A DNA stretch of 64,000 nt from assembly GCA_038087875.1 (NCBI GenBank), contig CM075992.1:2544001-2608000 (forward strand), given 5' to 3'. Below, one piece after another: positions 38,093 through 51,385 of the stretch. The notes under the pieces are model-generated. The model saw only the letters and a list, made by a program, of their open reading frames with translations, had not been told where the DNA came from and searched no databases. The translations under genes were made by a program, and so were the position numbers. Within the stretch, counting starts at the first letter, position 1; each line of letters starts with the position of its first letter. Origin of the DNA: Malacoraja senta (lineage: Eukaryota).

Positions 38093-40807
38093 TACAAGAC
38101 CAGGATGGATGGCAAGCACCTGTAGTGAAGGGCAGGAGGCACGTACGTACGTGGTCCTGGACCTGCTGTCAGTGCATTAGGCCGGCAAACAAAGCCTATC
38201 CAACTAGGACAGCGACTGGGGAAAAGCCAGTCTTTGCAAGGGTGCAGATGACAAGCAAACAAGCTCGCTGGCCTTGTGCTCTGTTAGCAGCATGGCCCAG
38301 AGCCAAGACACATTACTATAGCAACTGGAACACCTTGAAGAACATTCCAGAATCATTTTGAAACCCAGTTTCAAAATCAAATTGATTGTATTCTCCTCAT
38401 TAAGATCACAGGCAGTAAATAAATGCCTGTAGGAGCATCACACATATCAGCCCAGTGTGTTTCAGCAACACCTTCATAGAGCAATGCATCTCCAGGCTGA
38501 GTTATGTTTGGTTTAGTTTGGAGATATAGCGCTGAAGCAGGCTCTTCGGCCCACCGAGTCTACGCGATCCCTGTACACCAATACCATCCTACATACACGA
38601 GGGACAATTTACAATCTTTACCAAAGCCAATTAGCCTACAAACCTGCACGTCTCTCGGTGTTTGTGAGCGAGTCACTTCACGTCTCTGCCTCAGAGGGCG
38701 GTGGAGGCAGGTTCTCTGGATGCTTTCAAGAGAGAACTAGATAGGGCTCTTAAAAATAGCTGAGTCAGGGGATATGGGGAGAAGGCAGGAACGGGGTACT
38801 GATTGGGGATGATCACCCATGATCACATTGAATGGCGGTGCTGGCTCGAAGGGCCAAATGGCCTACTCCTGCACCTATTGTCTATTGTCTATTGTCTTCA
38901 GGGAAATAGGTCAGAAGACAACTAGCCGACCCCATTCCTATCTCTGCGAACATCCTCTGGGACCAGTGACACAGCCGAAGAAGTCACGTGTCCCGGTGCT
39001 GGAGACTGCCTTCAGGAACTGAACGTCCTTCAGGTCTGAAGAAGGGTCTCGACCCGAAACGTCACCCACCCGTTCTCTCCAGCGATGCTGCCTGTCCCGC
39101 TGAGTTACTCCAGCATCTCGTGTCTATCTTCACTTTAAACCAGCATCTGCAGTTCCTTCTCACACACTATGTGTTTCACTGCACCTGCTGCAAGTGACAA
39201 TAAAGAAATCATTGACCATCCACCATTAAGGGAGACAGCGTTCAGAGGTGTTGTCCTTTAGAGGCGTCAGATGTGAGAGTGTTAGCCTCTGGTGCAGCAA
39301 GATGGTAGAGTTTTTTACTGCTTCGTACGGGGAAGGACAGAGTTACCGATAGTCCCACCATCTCTGCTGGGGCAGCAACCCAGGAATAGAAACATAGAAA
39401 ATAGGTGCAAGAGTGGGCCATTTGGCCCTTCGAGCCAGCACCGCCATTCAATATGATCATGGCTGATCATCCAGAATCAGTACCCCGTTCCTGCTTTTCC
39501 CGCATATCCCTCGATTCCATTAGCCCCAAGAGCTAAATCTAACTCTCTCTTGAAAACATCCAGTGAATTGGCCTCCACTGCCTTTTTGTGGCAGAGAATT
39601 CCAGATTCACAACTCTCTGGGTGAAAAGGTTTTTCCTCATCTCAGTCCTAAATGGCCCACTCCTTATTCTTAAACTGTGACCCCTAATTCTGGACTCCCC
39701 CAACATGTGGCACACATTTTCCTGCATCTAGCCTGTCCAATCCCTTAAGAATTTTATATGTTTCTATAAGATCCTCTCTCATCCTTCTAAATTCCAGTGA
39801 CATTTAGACAAGCCTGGAGATACCCATTGCTGCTCAGATAACAGTGCAAGGCTAAACCTGCTCTCTCTTTCATGGTCAGTCTATTAGCAAAAGTGATTTC
39901 GCTGGTGGGCGCTGGAGCAAAGCCAATCGAAATCGCTATTCCAGAGAGGCACGAGGATATTAGAGATCAAATTGCCAGGAAAATTTTAAATTAAAGATTG
40001 AAACATTGACATAGAAAATAGGTGCAGGAGGCCATTTGATCCTTCGAGCCAAGATTCAAGATTCAAGAGAGTTTATTGTCATGTGTCCCAGATAGGACAA
40101 TGTAATTCTCGCTTTGCTTCAGCACAACAGAACATAGTAGGCATTGACTACAAAACAGATCAGTGTGTCCATATACCATTATATAAATATATACACACAT
40201 GAATAAATAAACTGATAAAGTGCAAATAACAGATAATGCGCTATTAATGTTCAGAGTTTTCAATATAAATTCAATATGATCACGGCTGATCATCCAGAAT
40301 CAGTAGCCCGTTCCTGCTTTCTCCCCAACACAGAGAAAGTTCAGTCCTCTGATCCACTGCGAGTCTGTTAGATGTGTGGTCCTGATCGCCTTCTATTCTT
40401 TGCTTCAGTCCCGACCATCTCAAACTCCTCACCCTCACCACAAATTCTCCCTCCCACCACTTTTCCCCCCAACGAGGGATGAGAGAGAACGGAGAAAGTA
40501 TTAGGTAAAAGGTCTAAAGAAAGAGTCAGACATGTAAACAATGAAGATTAATCATATTAATACAAAGTGTGGGAGAGAAAGTAATTTTTATTTATATAGC
40601 ACTTTTAAATCAAATTACGTTGAAGCCAAAGTGCTTTACAGAGAAGAAATTAGATTACCATACATCCAAATAAAAGAAAAAAAGACACAATACACTATAG
40701 GATTCAACATGAACGTCCCCCCAACAGCAGAATCAACACTTTCCACTGTGAGGGAAGGCACCAAAAAGGTCCTGTCCTTCTCCTCCTCCTAGTGTGTTTA
40801 ATAGAGA

Positions 40808-41457
40808 CACACACACGCGTACACACATGTACACACGCGCGTACACACACATGTACACACGTATACACATACACATGTACACACGTACACACACACACAT
40901 GTACACACGTATACACACACACATGTACACACGTATACCCACACACATGTACACGTATACACATGTACATGTACACACATACACATGTACACACACACAC
41001 ACATATATACACACACACACATGTACACACGTATACACACACACATGTACACACGTATACACACACATGTACACACATACACATGTACACACATATATGT
41101 ACACACATATATACACACACGTACACACATATATACACACACACATGTACACACATGTACATGTACACACACACATGTACACACACATATGTACACACAT
41201 ATATACACACATGTACACACATATATACACACACACATGTACATGTACACACGTATACACATGTACATGTACACACGTATACACATGTACATGTACACAC
41301 GTATACACATGTACATGTACACACACACACACATGTACACACGTATACACATACACATGTACACACATACACATGTACACACATACACATGTACACACAT
41401 ACACATGTACACACATACACATGTACACACGTATACACATACACATACACGCATACA
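40808..41457. repeat. Compound (CA)/(ACATGT) alternating purine-pyrimidine microsatellite
   Basis: ~650 bp of acac/atgtac/gtatac units. Confidence 0.97.
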
Positions 41458-42835
41458 GACTAAAATATAATATCTTGTTTCAGTAATGTCGGTGTAGCTG
41501 GTGCTACCTCTAGTCATTTAGATTCTGTTCTTCAGTTTAAAGAAATGTTGCTTTAACCGACTGAACACAAGCAGGCTCCAGCTGTGCAGCTCAGACTGAA
41601 CCTATTGCAGTTCAAAATTCCAGGTGACGATATCACTACATGGGCCACGTTAAACAGTTTACATGGATTCCATGAAGCTGGTTAACGACCTGGTCTGTTT
41701 GTGATTTGAGTGAATCTTATAAAATGTGGCAATATATTTCCTCCCCACCCCCCCCCTCTTCCCCCAGACTTTGCTCCCTCCTGTCCCAAAGTTGCTGACT
41801 CACTGGATCAGTTCCACATTAGTCACCCTCGCCTGTACACTTAGTACATCGAGCTTCAGCAAACAGCGAAACCCAGTTCAGCGTCACTACCCTGCCAAGC
41901 TTTTCCACACCACAGCGTGCAAGAGTAGCAACAGTGACTTTTCCTTCCTTTGTTAATTGTAACTAAAAGATGCTTAAATTTCCAAGATGCTGTCTGACCC
42001 GTTGAGTTACTCCAACACTTTGGGTCTTTTAAAAACATTTAGAAACCAGCATCTGCAGTTCCTCGCTTCCACTCCTTTAATTTCCATTGCTACCTTTCAT
42101 TCTTTTTTTACGGCTCTTTACAGCTAAGGAACATTTTTTTTAATTGGCAAGTCACTGTTGCAGACTGTTGAAGAGCAAGATCGCAGAAATAGAAAAGCAA
42201 ATCGCAAGCGGGCCTGTTTTTTTGTGAGTTGAGTCTATCGTCACGCGTACCGAGGTACAGTGAAAAGCTTTTGTTGCGTGCTAAACAGTCGCGATGGTGT
42301 TTGGGGGGAAAGCAGGGAGCCACGATAAATCCCTGCAGAATAAAGACACGTGGGCGGCACGGCAGCGCAGCGGTAGAGTTGCTGCCTCACAGCACCAGAG
42401 ACCCAGGTTCGATCCTGACTAGGGGTGCTCTCTGTACGGAGTTTGTACGTTCTCCCCATGACCTGATTGGGTTTTCTCTGAGATCATCCGTTTCCTCCCA
42501 CACTCCAGAGACGTACAGGTTTGTAGGTTAATTGGCTTGGTATAATTGGAAATTGTCCCTAGTGTGTGTCTGATAGTGTTAGCATGCAGGGATCGCTGGT
42601 CAGGGCGGAAAGGGGTACTGATTGTGGATGATTAGCCATGATCACATTGAATGGCGGTGCTGGCTCCAAGGGACAAATGGCCTACTCCTGCACCTATTGT
42701 TTATTGACTCAGTCCTGTTCCCGTGCTGTATCTCTAAACTAAAGTACGCTCGCTATCCCTCCCCCCCCCCCCCCCCATCTCCACACCACTCCAACCACCC
42801 TGTTCCCCAGAGATAAGAAACACACCAACACTGAC

Positions 42836-42905
42836 CTGCAAAGCTTCTGCCAGAAGCTGCTGCTCCAAGTGCAGTGATGAGCAGTAGATGATGTAATCCA
42901 TCCAT
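42836..42905 (-). CDS. CRB3: CRB3 first coding exon (signal peptide)
   Basis: MDGLHHLLLITALGAAASGRSFA + G|gtcagt; joins in frame to give a 105-aa protein. Confidence 0.8.
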
Positions 42906-45900
42906 CTCTGATGTGGACCGGTCCAGCGACACTCGGCTTAGATTGTGTGTCTCAGACACTGTCTGGACACAGATCGCAACAGCTCCAGAGGCAGGGGCCA
43001 GGTCAGGCACTGGGATCTAATGTGGTGGAATCTGAGCTGTGAGTGTACCTTGTCGAGGAGGAAGGAATCCCACTAATTATCACTGTTGCCGCTGCCTCAG
43101 GGTAGCTGATGCAGGTCACAAAATATTCATCACCGCAGCTGGGTTTCCTCCTGACTTCAGAAAAAAACAAAAACAAAATCATTTTGCATGCAATATTCCA
43201 GAACACCAAATTATCATTCCATCATAATTAGCCTCAGCCCTTCAGGGTAAAGGGCCGTTGAGAGATATTGCATTGATTAATCCCCTTTGGCCTTCACAAG
43301 TAAGTATAGAGGCATGGGGATTGGAGTGAGGACTGGATTGAAGCCAGTGGTGGTCTCTCCCTTGGTTTGGTGGTTCAACAATCCCTGCAGATACACAAGG
43401 AGGAACACAGAGGAGCACAAGAACATGGGGCCAGTGGTCATTCCTCAAGTCTTTGGCTGATCAGCCCCAGACCTCATCTTCTCTTCTGTGCGCAGAGTCA
43501 AAGATTAATACAGCGTGCAAACAGGCCCTTCGGCCCAACTTGCCCACACCAGCCAACATGTCCCATCTACACTGGTCCCACCTGCCTGCGTTTGGCCCAT
43601 ATCCATCTCAACCTATCCTATCCATTCACCTGCCTAAATGTTCCTTACACGCTGCGATAGCACCGTTTCCCCAAAGCCCTTAATTCCTCTATCTTTCAAA
43701 AAAACATTGCCCCACCTCCTCTCTAAATGCCTCTGGCGATGCAGCCTACACAACCCCCAGAGTAGAGACTCCCAGAGACCGATCTGAGCAGAAGTATCTG
43801 CCCACTTCAGTTTTATATAACTACCCCTCGCAATTCACAAAGACAACTGGACATCTATCCTAATTTGACCCCTCTGGGCCTTGTACCTTTCAATAATATC
43901 ACCCCACAAAGTCTTAAATTAAACACATACATATCTAACTTTTTTCAGCTCCATATTTAATCATATTACTTTTCCCAATACCTCATCTTGCATGATAGGA
44001 ATTGTTAATAAGTTTTTCCAAGCTATTTAAAAGTAGTCAAAATATTACATTTCGGATCCATACAGTGCCCTCCACCACAAAGACTGAAACAAAGTACTGG
44101 TTTAAATTATGTGCCATTGCCTTGTTTCCTGTTATCCATTCCCTGCTCCCGACATGGGATGTGCTCAAGAGAGTTAGATTTAGCTCTGAGTGCTAACAGA
44201 ATCAAGGGATATGGGGAGAAAGCAGGAACGGGGTACTGATTCTGGATGATCAGCCATGATCACATTGAATGGCTGGCTCGAAGGGCCGAATGGCATACTC
44301 CTGCACCTATTGTCTATGTTTCTACTCAATCTCCTGATTGCCACACTTATATTAACTAACCACTTCCTTATTATATATCTCCACTGAAATCTTTGCTGTC
44401 TCTTTTGATATTACTTGTTAGTCTCAGCTCATTCTCCTCCTCCTTATTAGCTTGCTGGTTCCTGAAAATCTCCCAGTCCTCTGATGCTCATATTTCTCTT
44501 GACCTCCTTTTGTTAACCATGGCTGATTCATCTTTCTTATCAAGTTCCATTTTCTAAATGCTGACTGAGCATTGTGAAATAGCTGCTTAAATATCTGCCC
44601 TAGTTCATCTATTGACATTTCCTTTAACCCAGTTTCCTCTCGGCAATTCTTCCTTCATTCCTTCCCAGTGACAAGTCCAGCAGGCTGCAGTTTGCCCAGA
44701 TAAAATGAGGTAAAATGGGATAATAAGATATAAAATTCCCTCTCCTCCCTCCTCTCCACCTTCCTCTCCCTCCTTCTCTCCCCCCACCCCTGGTGGAGCA
44801 GAGAGTGTTCCTCAAAGTTCACCTTCACTGCCTTAGTCTTTAAAATAATGTTAATTATTTAACCTTAACGCAGCTTCAAGATTAAGTTGTGTAAGAAGGA
44901 ACTGCAGATGCTGGTTTACACTGAAGATAGACACAAAATGCTGGAGTAACTCAGCGTGTCAGGCAGCATCTCTGGAGAGAAGGAACGCTGCCTGACCTGC
45001 TGAGTTACTCCAGCATGTTGTGCCTATCTAACATCAGGTGTTGTTCATCAGTCAGAGGAAATGCCCTTCACAACTCAGGCACCAGCACAGTAAAGGACAC
45101 ACAGCTCTGAAGAAGGGTCTCGACCTGAAACGTCACCCATTCCTTCTATCCAGAGATGCTGCCTGTCTCGCTGAGTTACTCCAGCATTTTGGGTCAATCT
45201 TAGTTTTAATTTAGTTTATTGCCACGTGTACCGAGGTACAGCGAAAAGCTTTTGTTGCGTGCTAACCAGCCTGGTCAGAGACATGCAGCACAACAGGCCC
45301 TTCGGCCCATCACACCCATCCACGCTATTCCCATTTACCATCTTTCAACATCTGGCCTCGACACTGAAAGTCTCCACCTCCTCTCGGGCAGCTGCTCCAG
45401 ATATCCAAACACCATCTGAATGAAAAATAATCTTTGTGTGTGTGGGAAAAGTTACCCCTTTAGTTTAGTTTAGAGATACAGCATGGAAACAAGCCCTTCA
45501 GGCCATAGAGTCCGCACCGACCAGCGATCCCCAGCACACTAGGGACAATTTACATTTATACCAAGCCAATTAACCTACAAACCTGTACATTTTTGGTTCC
45601 TATTAAGTCCCCTCCCCTCCCCCTCACCTTAAACCTATGCCCTCTGGTTCTCGATTCCCCAACTCTGGGCAAGAGACTCTGTACGTTTACCTGATCCGTC
45701 CTTTGTATAAAATGATGAGAGGAATAGATCGGGTAGATGCACAGGGTCTCTTGCCCAGAGTAGGTGAATCGAGGTGCAGAGGACATAGGTTTAAGGTGAA
45801 GGGGAAAATATTTGATAGGAGTCTGAGGGGTGACTTTTTCACACAAAGGGTGGTGGGTTATGGAACAAGCTGCCAGAGGAGGTAGTTGAGGCTGGGACTA

Positions 45901-46605
45901 TCCCAACGTTTAAGAAACAGTTAGACAGGTACATGGATAGGACAGTTTTGGATATGGAGTAAGCCATTTAGAACGGAGACGAGGAAACTCTTTTTCTCAC
46001 AGAGTGATGAATTTGTGGAATTCTCTGCCTCAGAGGGCGGTGGAGGCAGGTTCTCTGGATGCTTTCAAGAGAGAGCTAGATAGGGCTCTTAAAAATAGCG
46101 GAGTCCGGGGATATGGGGAGGGGTACTGATTGGGGATGATCAGCCATGATCACATTGAATGGCGGTGCTGGCTCGAAGGGTCGAATGGCCTGCTCCTGCA
46201 CCTATTGTCTATTGTCTAAACGCGAACAGGTGGGACTAGTGTAGCTGGGACAAGTTGGGTCGAGTAAACACGGTATCACTCCATGACTAAAACAAGCAGC
46301 AAAATTGAACGACGGCAGCGTTGGCACTGGACTGAGCCACACACTAACTACAGGGTCGCTGCCTGTTTGAATCCAGGTCGCCAACGTGGAGGAGCCACTG
46401 AAACATCCTCACCTGTAGACGCGCAGAGCCACTCCACCAGACTCACTCACACACACAGAGTCGCCCAGAGAAACCGCATCTCCACCGACAAGTACACACA
46501 GCCCTCCCACACACAGCCTTGATGGACCAGGAATGTAGGATTAATTAATAATTAACACCATAACCAGGTCACGGGAATGATTGTGTAACAAGAACGCGTC
46601 CTTAT

Positions 46606-46796
46606 TTTAGAAGGAAATGCTGGAAATAAGTCGGTGGAGACCAACATATATGTTATAAATATTATAAATATAGTATGATACCTATATAGTATGATATATA
46701 TATAGTATGATGGCCTAATATATATATAGTATGATGGCCTAATATATATATATATATATATAATATAGACTAACATATATCTTATATAAACCATGA

Positions 46797-46875
<79 letters not shown>

Positions 46876-47044
46876 AGAGAGAGAGATCATGGTCTATATA
46901 ACATATATGTTAGTCTATTTTTATATCATTATATTTACATTATGTATACATTTATATGCTATATATATATCTATATATATATATCTATATCTATATATAT
47001 ATATTGGGCTCCACCGATTTTTTTCCCTAGCATTTCCTTCTAAA
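46606..47044. repeat. AT-rich fold-back element around (TC)n(TA)n(GA)n
   Basis: ~40-bp outer inverted repeats plus inner inverted arms around (TA)n. Confidence 0.75.
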
Positions 47045-47619
47045 TATATATTAAAAGAGAAAGCATATTGCAGAGGGCGTCATAAGTAATAGGAGCAGAA
47101 TTAGGCCATTCGGCCCATCAAGTCTACTCCGCCGGTACACATAAATGCTGGAGAAACTCAGCGGGTGCAGCAGCATCTATGGAGCGAAGGAAATAGGCAA
47201 CGTTTCGGGCCGAAATCCTTCTTCAGACGCGAACAGGTGGGACTAGTCTGAAGAAGGGTTTCGGCCCGAAACGTTGCCTATTTCCTTCGCCCCATAGATG
47301 CTGCTGCACCCGCTGAGTTTCTCCAGCATTTTTGTCTACCTTCGATTTTCCAGCATCTGCAGTTCCTTCTTTAACACAAGTCTACTCCGCCATTCAATCA
47401 TGGCTGATCTATCTCTCCCTCCTAACCATTCTCCTGCCTTCTCCACATAACCTCTGACACACCTGTACTAATCAAGAATCTTTCTATCTCCGCCTTAAAA
47501 AAAAAGTCTGAAGAAGGGTCTCGACCCGAAACGTCCCCCATTCCTTCTCTCCAGAGATGCTGCCTGTCCCGCTGAGTTACTCCAGCGTCTCGTGTCTAGC
47601 TTCGATCGGTGTAAACCAG

Positions 47620-47960
47620 CGTCTAGTTCCTCCCTGGAGCTTCATTGCGGGTTCCCTCCCTCCCCCGGCCAATGTCCTTTGTGCCGCCGACCAGAGTGGC
47701 CACGGCGCTGCACAAACTCACCTTATTCCACTCAAATCCTCGCTCCTCTTCACCCCTCCCGGGGGGATGGCGGTCCCAGTAGAGGCTGCGTTCCCCAGCG
47801 CTGGCTCCCTGTAGCCGCTTGTCTGGGACTTGCTCCCTCGATTTGCTACGCGTTTCCGATTGCAACACCTGTAACCTGACGGGCTCAATCCTCACAGCCA
47901 GCGCTGTCGTGCCAGTGGTCCCCGGGACAGGCGGGCATATACCTCCCAGACCCACCCCCA
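47620..47960 (-). promoter_or_regulatory. CpG-rich probable CRB3 promoter/first non-coding exon; second candidate 5'UTR donor near 46413
   Basis: Non-repeat CpG-rich segment with minus-strand donor AAG|gtgagt at about 47716-47724; CAG|gtgag at about 46408-46415. Confidence 0.45.
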
Positions 47961-48270
47961 TCCCACTCCCCTCCCCCTTCCTCCCACTCCCCCAATCCTC
48001 TCCCTCTCTCCCCTCCTTCTCCTCCCCTCTCTCTCCCTCCTTCCCTTCCCCTTCCCCTCTCTCTCTCCCTCCCATCCCTCCTCTCTCTCTCTCCCCCTCC
48101 CCTCTCTCTCTCTCCCCCTCCCCTCCTCCCTCTCTCCCTCCCCTCTCTCTCTCCCCCTGCCCTCTTTCTCCTCCCCCCTCTCTCTCCTCCCCCCTCCCCT
48201 CTCTCTCCCCCCTTCCCTCCCCCCCTTTCCCTTTCCCCCTCCAATTTTCTTCTCCTCCAATCTCTCCCCT
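47950..48270. repeat. Homopyrimidine (C/T) low-complexity tract
   Basis: ~320 bp almost exclusively C and T. Confidence 0.95.
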
Positions 48271-48496
48271 TAGGCAGCCTGGACCCTGAGGTCAGAATGT
48301 GTAGGAAGGAACTGCAGATGCTGGTTTACACCAAACCAAATGCTGGAGTAACTCAGCGGGACAGGCAGCATCTCTGGACAGAAGGAATGGGTGACGTTTC
48401 GGGTCGAGACCCTTCTTCAGACTGAGAGATTGTCCCGCTGAGTTACTCCAGCATTTTGTGTGGTTTCATGTCGGAACCCTACTAAGATAGAGAAGG

Positions 48497-48960
48497 TAGA
48501 CAAAAATGCTGGGGAAACTCAGCAGGTGAGGCAGCATCTATGGAGCGAAGGAAATAGGCAACGTTTCAGGTCGAGACCCTTCTTCAGACTGATGTGAGGG
48601 TGGGGGGTGGGGGGGGGGGGCGGGAAGAAGAAAGGAAGAGGCGGAGACAGTGAGCTGAGAAGGGGAAGAGAAAGCAGGAACTACCTGAAATTAGAGAAGT
48701 CAATGTTCATACCGCTGGGGTGTAAATATGAGGTGCTGCTCCTCCAATTTACGGTGGTCCTCACTCTGGCCATGGAGGAGGCCCAGGACAGAAAGGTCGG
48801 ATTCAGAATGGGAGGGGCAGTTGAAGTGCTGGGCCACCGGGAGATCAGGTTGGTTAGTGTGAACCGAGCGGAGGTGTTGGGCGAAGCGATCGCCAAGCCT
48901 ACGCTTGGTCTCACCGATGTAGAGCAGCTGACACCTAGAGCAGCGGATGCAATAGATGAG
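48497..48960 (-). mobile_element. 5'-truncated Penelope-like retroelement: GIY-YIG endonuclease C-terminus plus hammerhead-bearing terminal repeat
   Basis: LIYCIRCSRCQLLYIGETKRRLGDRFAQH...VAQHFN...PSGMNIDF; 14-bp TSD taagatagagaagg at 48483-48496 and 48961-48974. Confidence 0.88.
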
Positions 48961-51082
48961 TAAGATAGAGAAGGCCAGAACAAACCAGGGCCAGCAATAG
49001 ATGACCTCAGGAAGGGTGGAGTCCATAATGGCCCATTGTTGTGTGGGGAAGACGTGTTAACGACAGGAATAATCTTGTTGTCTTTGACTGGGTAGCATGA
49101 AAACAAAGGCTTGTCAATGAGGTGATTATGTACATAAACTGGAAGATGTAAATGCTTTCAGAACATCAGACATAGGAGAGAAATTAGGCCATTCGGCCCA
49201 TCGAGTCTGATTCGCCATTCGATCATGGCTGATCTATTTTTCCCTCTCAAACCCATTCTCCTGCCTTCTCCCCGTAACCTTTGACGCCCATACTAATCAA
49301 GAACCTAACAATCTCTTTAAAAATACCTACGACTTGGCCTCCACAGTGGAAATGAATTCCATAAATTCGCCACCCTCTGGCTAAATAGTGAAACAGCGTG
49401 GAAACAGGCCCTTTGGTCCAACTTACCCACACCAGCCAACATGTCCCAGCTACACTAGTCCCACCTGCCTGCGTTTGGTCCATATCCCTCTAAACCTGTC
49501 TATGTACTTGTCTGTTTCTTAAACGTTGGGATAGTCCCTGCCTCAACTACCTCCTCTGGCAGCTCGTTCCCTTTACCCACCACCCTTTGGTGAAAAATAA
49601 ACTAATTCCTCCTCAAAAATCTCCTTCTAGTTCACAGTATTCTAGCCTCTCACATCTGTAGGGACAAGATTCAACCCAGGTTTACAGTGTTTTGATGCAT
49701 CCTAACCTGGGCACTTACCCTGAGGACAACCTCCTCTTGAGCTCCCCTCTGAAAACCAACTCCCTTTGGAACCAACAGGGTTGGGGCGGCATGGCGGTAG
49801 AGTTGCTGCCTTACAGCGCCAGAGACACGGGTTCGATCCCGACTACGGGTGCTTGTCTGTACGTTCTCCCCGTGACCTGTGTGGGTTTTCTCCGTGAGTT
49901 TTGTTTTCCTCCCACATTCCAAAGACATACAGGTTTGTAGGTTAATTAGCTTGGTATGAATGTAAAAATTGTCTCCAGTGTGTGTGTGTGTAGGATTGTG
50001 TTCATGTGCGGGGATGGCTGGTCAGCGGGGGCTCGGTGGGCCAAAGGGCCTGTTTCCGCACTGTATCTCTAAACTAAACTAAAGGTGGCATGGCTGCTCC
50101 CACCTCATCGGTGAACCCTTTGTACCTTGCACCGTCCTAGACTCTCCCACCAATGGAAACATCCTCTTCACATCCAACGTATCCAGACCTTTTGTTTAGT
50201 CAGATGGTGGTGAATTTGTGGCATCTCTAAACCAAAGATCCTATAGCGAGCAAGATAGTCTACTCGAGGAAAAAGACAGGAAAACTGAAACTTTGTAACG
50301 CGGTTAGTGTTCCTGGAAGGTAGACAAAAATGCTGGAGAAACTCAGTGGGTGAGGCATAGATGCTCGCTCCGTAGATGTTGCATCACCCGCTGAGTTTCT
50401 CCAGCATTTTTGTCTACCTTCGATTTTCCAGCATCTGCAGTTCCTTCTTAAACATAATGTTCCTGGAATCTGGGCTGCGATGCTAGAAAAATTACAAAGT
50501 GCTGGAGTAACTTAGCGGGTCAGGCAGCATCTCTGGTGAATATGGATAGGTGACGTTTCATGTCGGGACTCGGGTTACTCAGGCACTTTGTGCCTTTCTT
50601 TGTAAACCAGCATCTACATGCAGTTCCTTGTAGAAACAGTATGTGAAGTAGGGTCCTGACCCGCTAAGTCACCTATCCATGTTCTCCAGAAATGCATGGA
50701 GTTATTCCAGCACTTTGTGTCCTTTTCTGCAGTTCCCTGTATCTCCTCAAGAAAATTACAATACCGATACATGCTACAAAAGCAGGCTGACAATTTAATA
50801 CAATATCAAGAGGCTTTTGTGCTGTGGACTCACAGAAGGAACAAGAGTTATCTATCCATCCAGACAGGGCGTTTACAACAGATGAGTGGACTGGCACCTC
50901 TTTGATTTGCACGGTGTGTTGGATGTGTTGACTCGCTGCATCACACAAACAAACCTTTCAGATCTGCAGCTCTTCTCTCCTGATGGCTGGTGTTTGGTAC
51001 GTTTCAGAAGATTGGGATCAAAGTTGAGATAAGTAGAGATTGTGATTCCCAGAGAGGGAGAAACTGGTAAAGAAGAAGGTGT

Positions 51083-51385
51083 TTAGATAGTCTTCAGGTT
51101 GCCTGCAGTGTACAGGAGATTCACCCCATTACAGAACACACAGATGAGGTTGCACACCATGCTGATGGCGTGGTACTTCCTAAAGCTCGAGCTGAGCCTC
51201 CTGTACTTGCCGTCGCTCTTATGCAGCTTCTTGTAGGCCTCGATGTTGGTGACAAACCCCACCTCGTCGCCGAGGCCATTCTCCCGCTCGATCTTATGCT
51301 TCTTGAACATAACCTCAGTTGTGGTCTGCCCGAACCATTGGGCGTTGAGACCAGAGAAGATCACGCACACAAACATTGATGCGAT
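51083..51385 (-). CDS. TMEM205: Transmembrane protein 205 terminal exon
   Basis: IASMFVCVIFSGLNAQWFGQTTTEVMF...ERENGLGDEVG...YKKL...DGKY...FRKYHAISMVCNL*. Confidence 0.93.
   Translation of the reverse strand: MASMFVCVIFSGLNAQWFGQTTTEVMFKKHKIERENGLGDEVGFVTNIEAYKKLHKSDGKYRRLSSSFRKYHAISMVCNLICVFCNGVNLLYTAGNLKTI

Noticed and set aside
40704..41517. Six long overlapping ORFs (161-248 aa) rich in C/V/Y/H/T
   Set aside because: Translations of the CA/TG microsatellite
47623..48289. P/S/L-rich and G/E/R-rich ORFs
   Set aside because: Arise from the homopyrimidine tract
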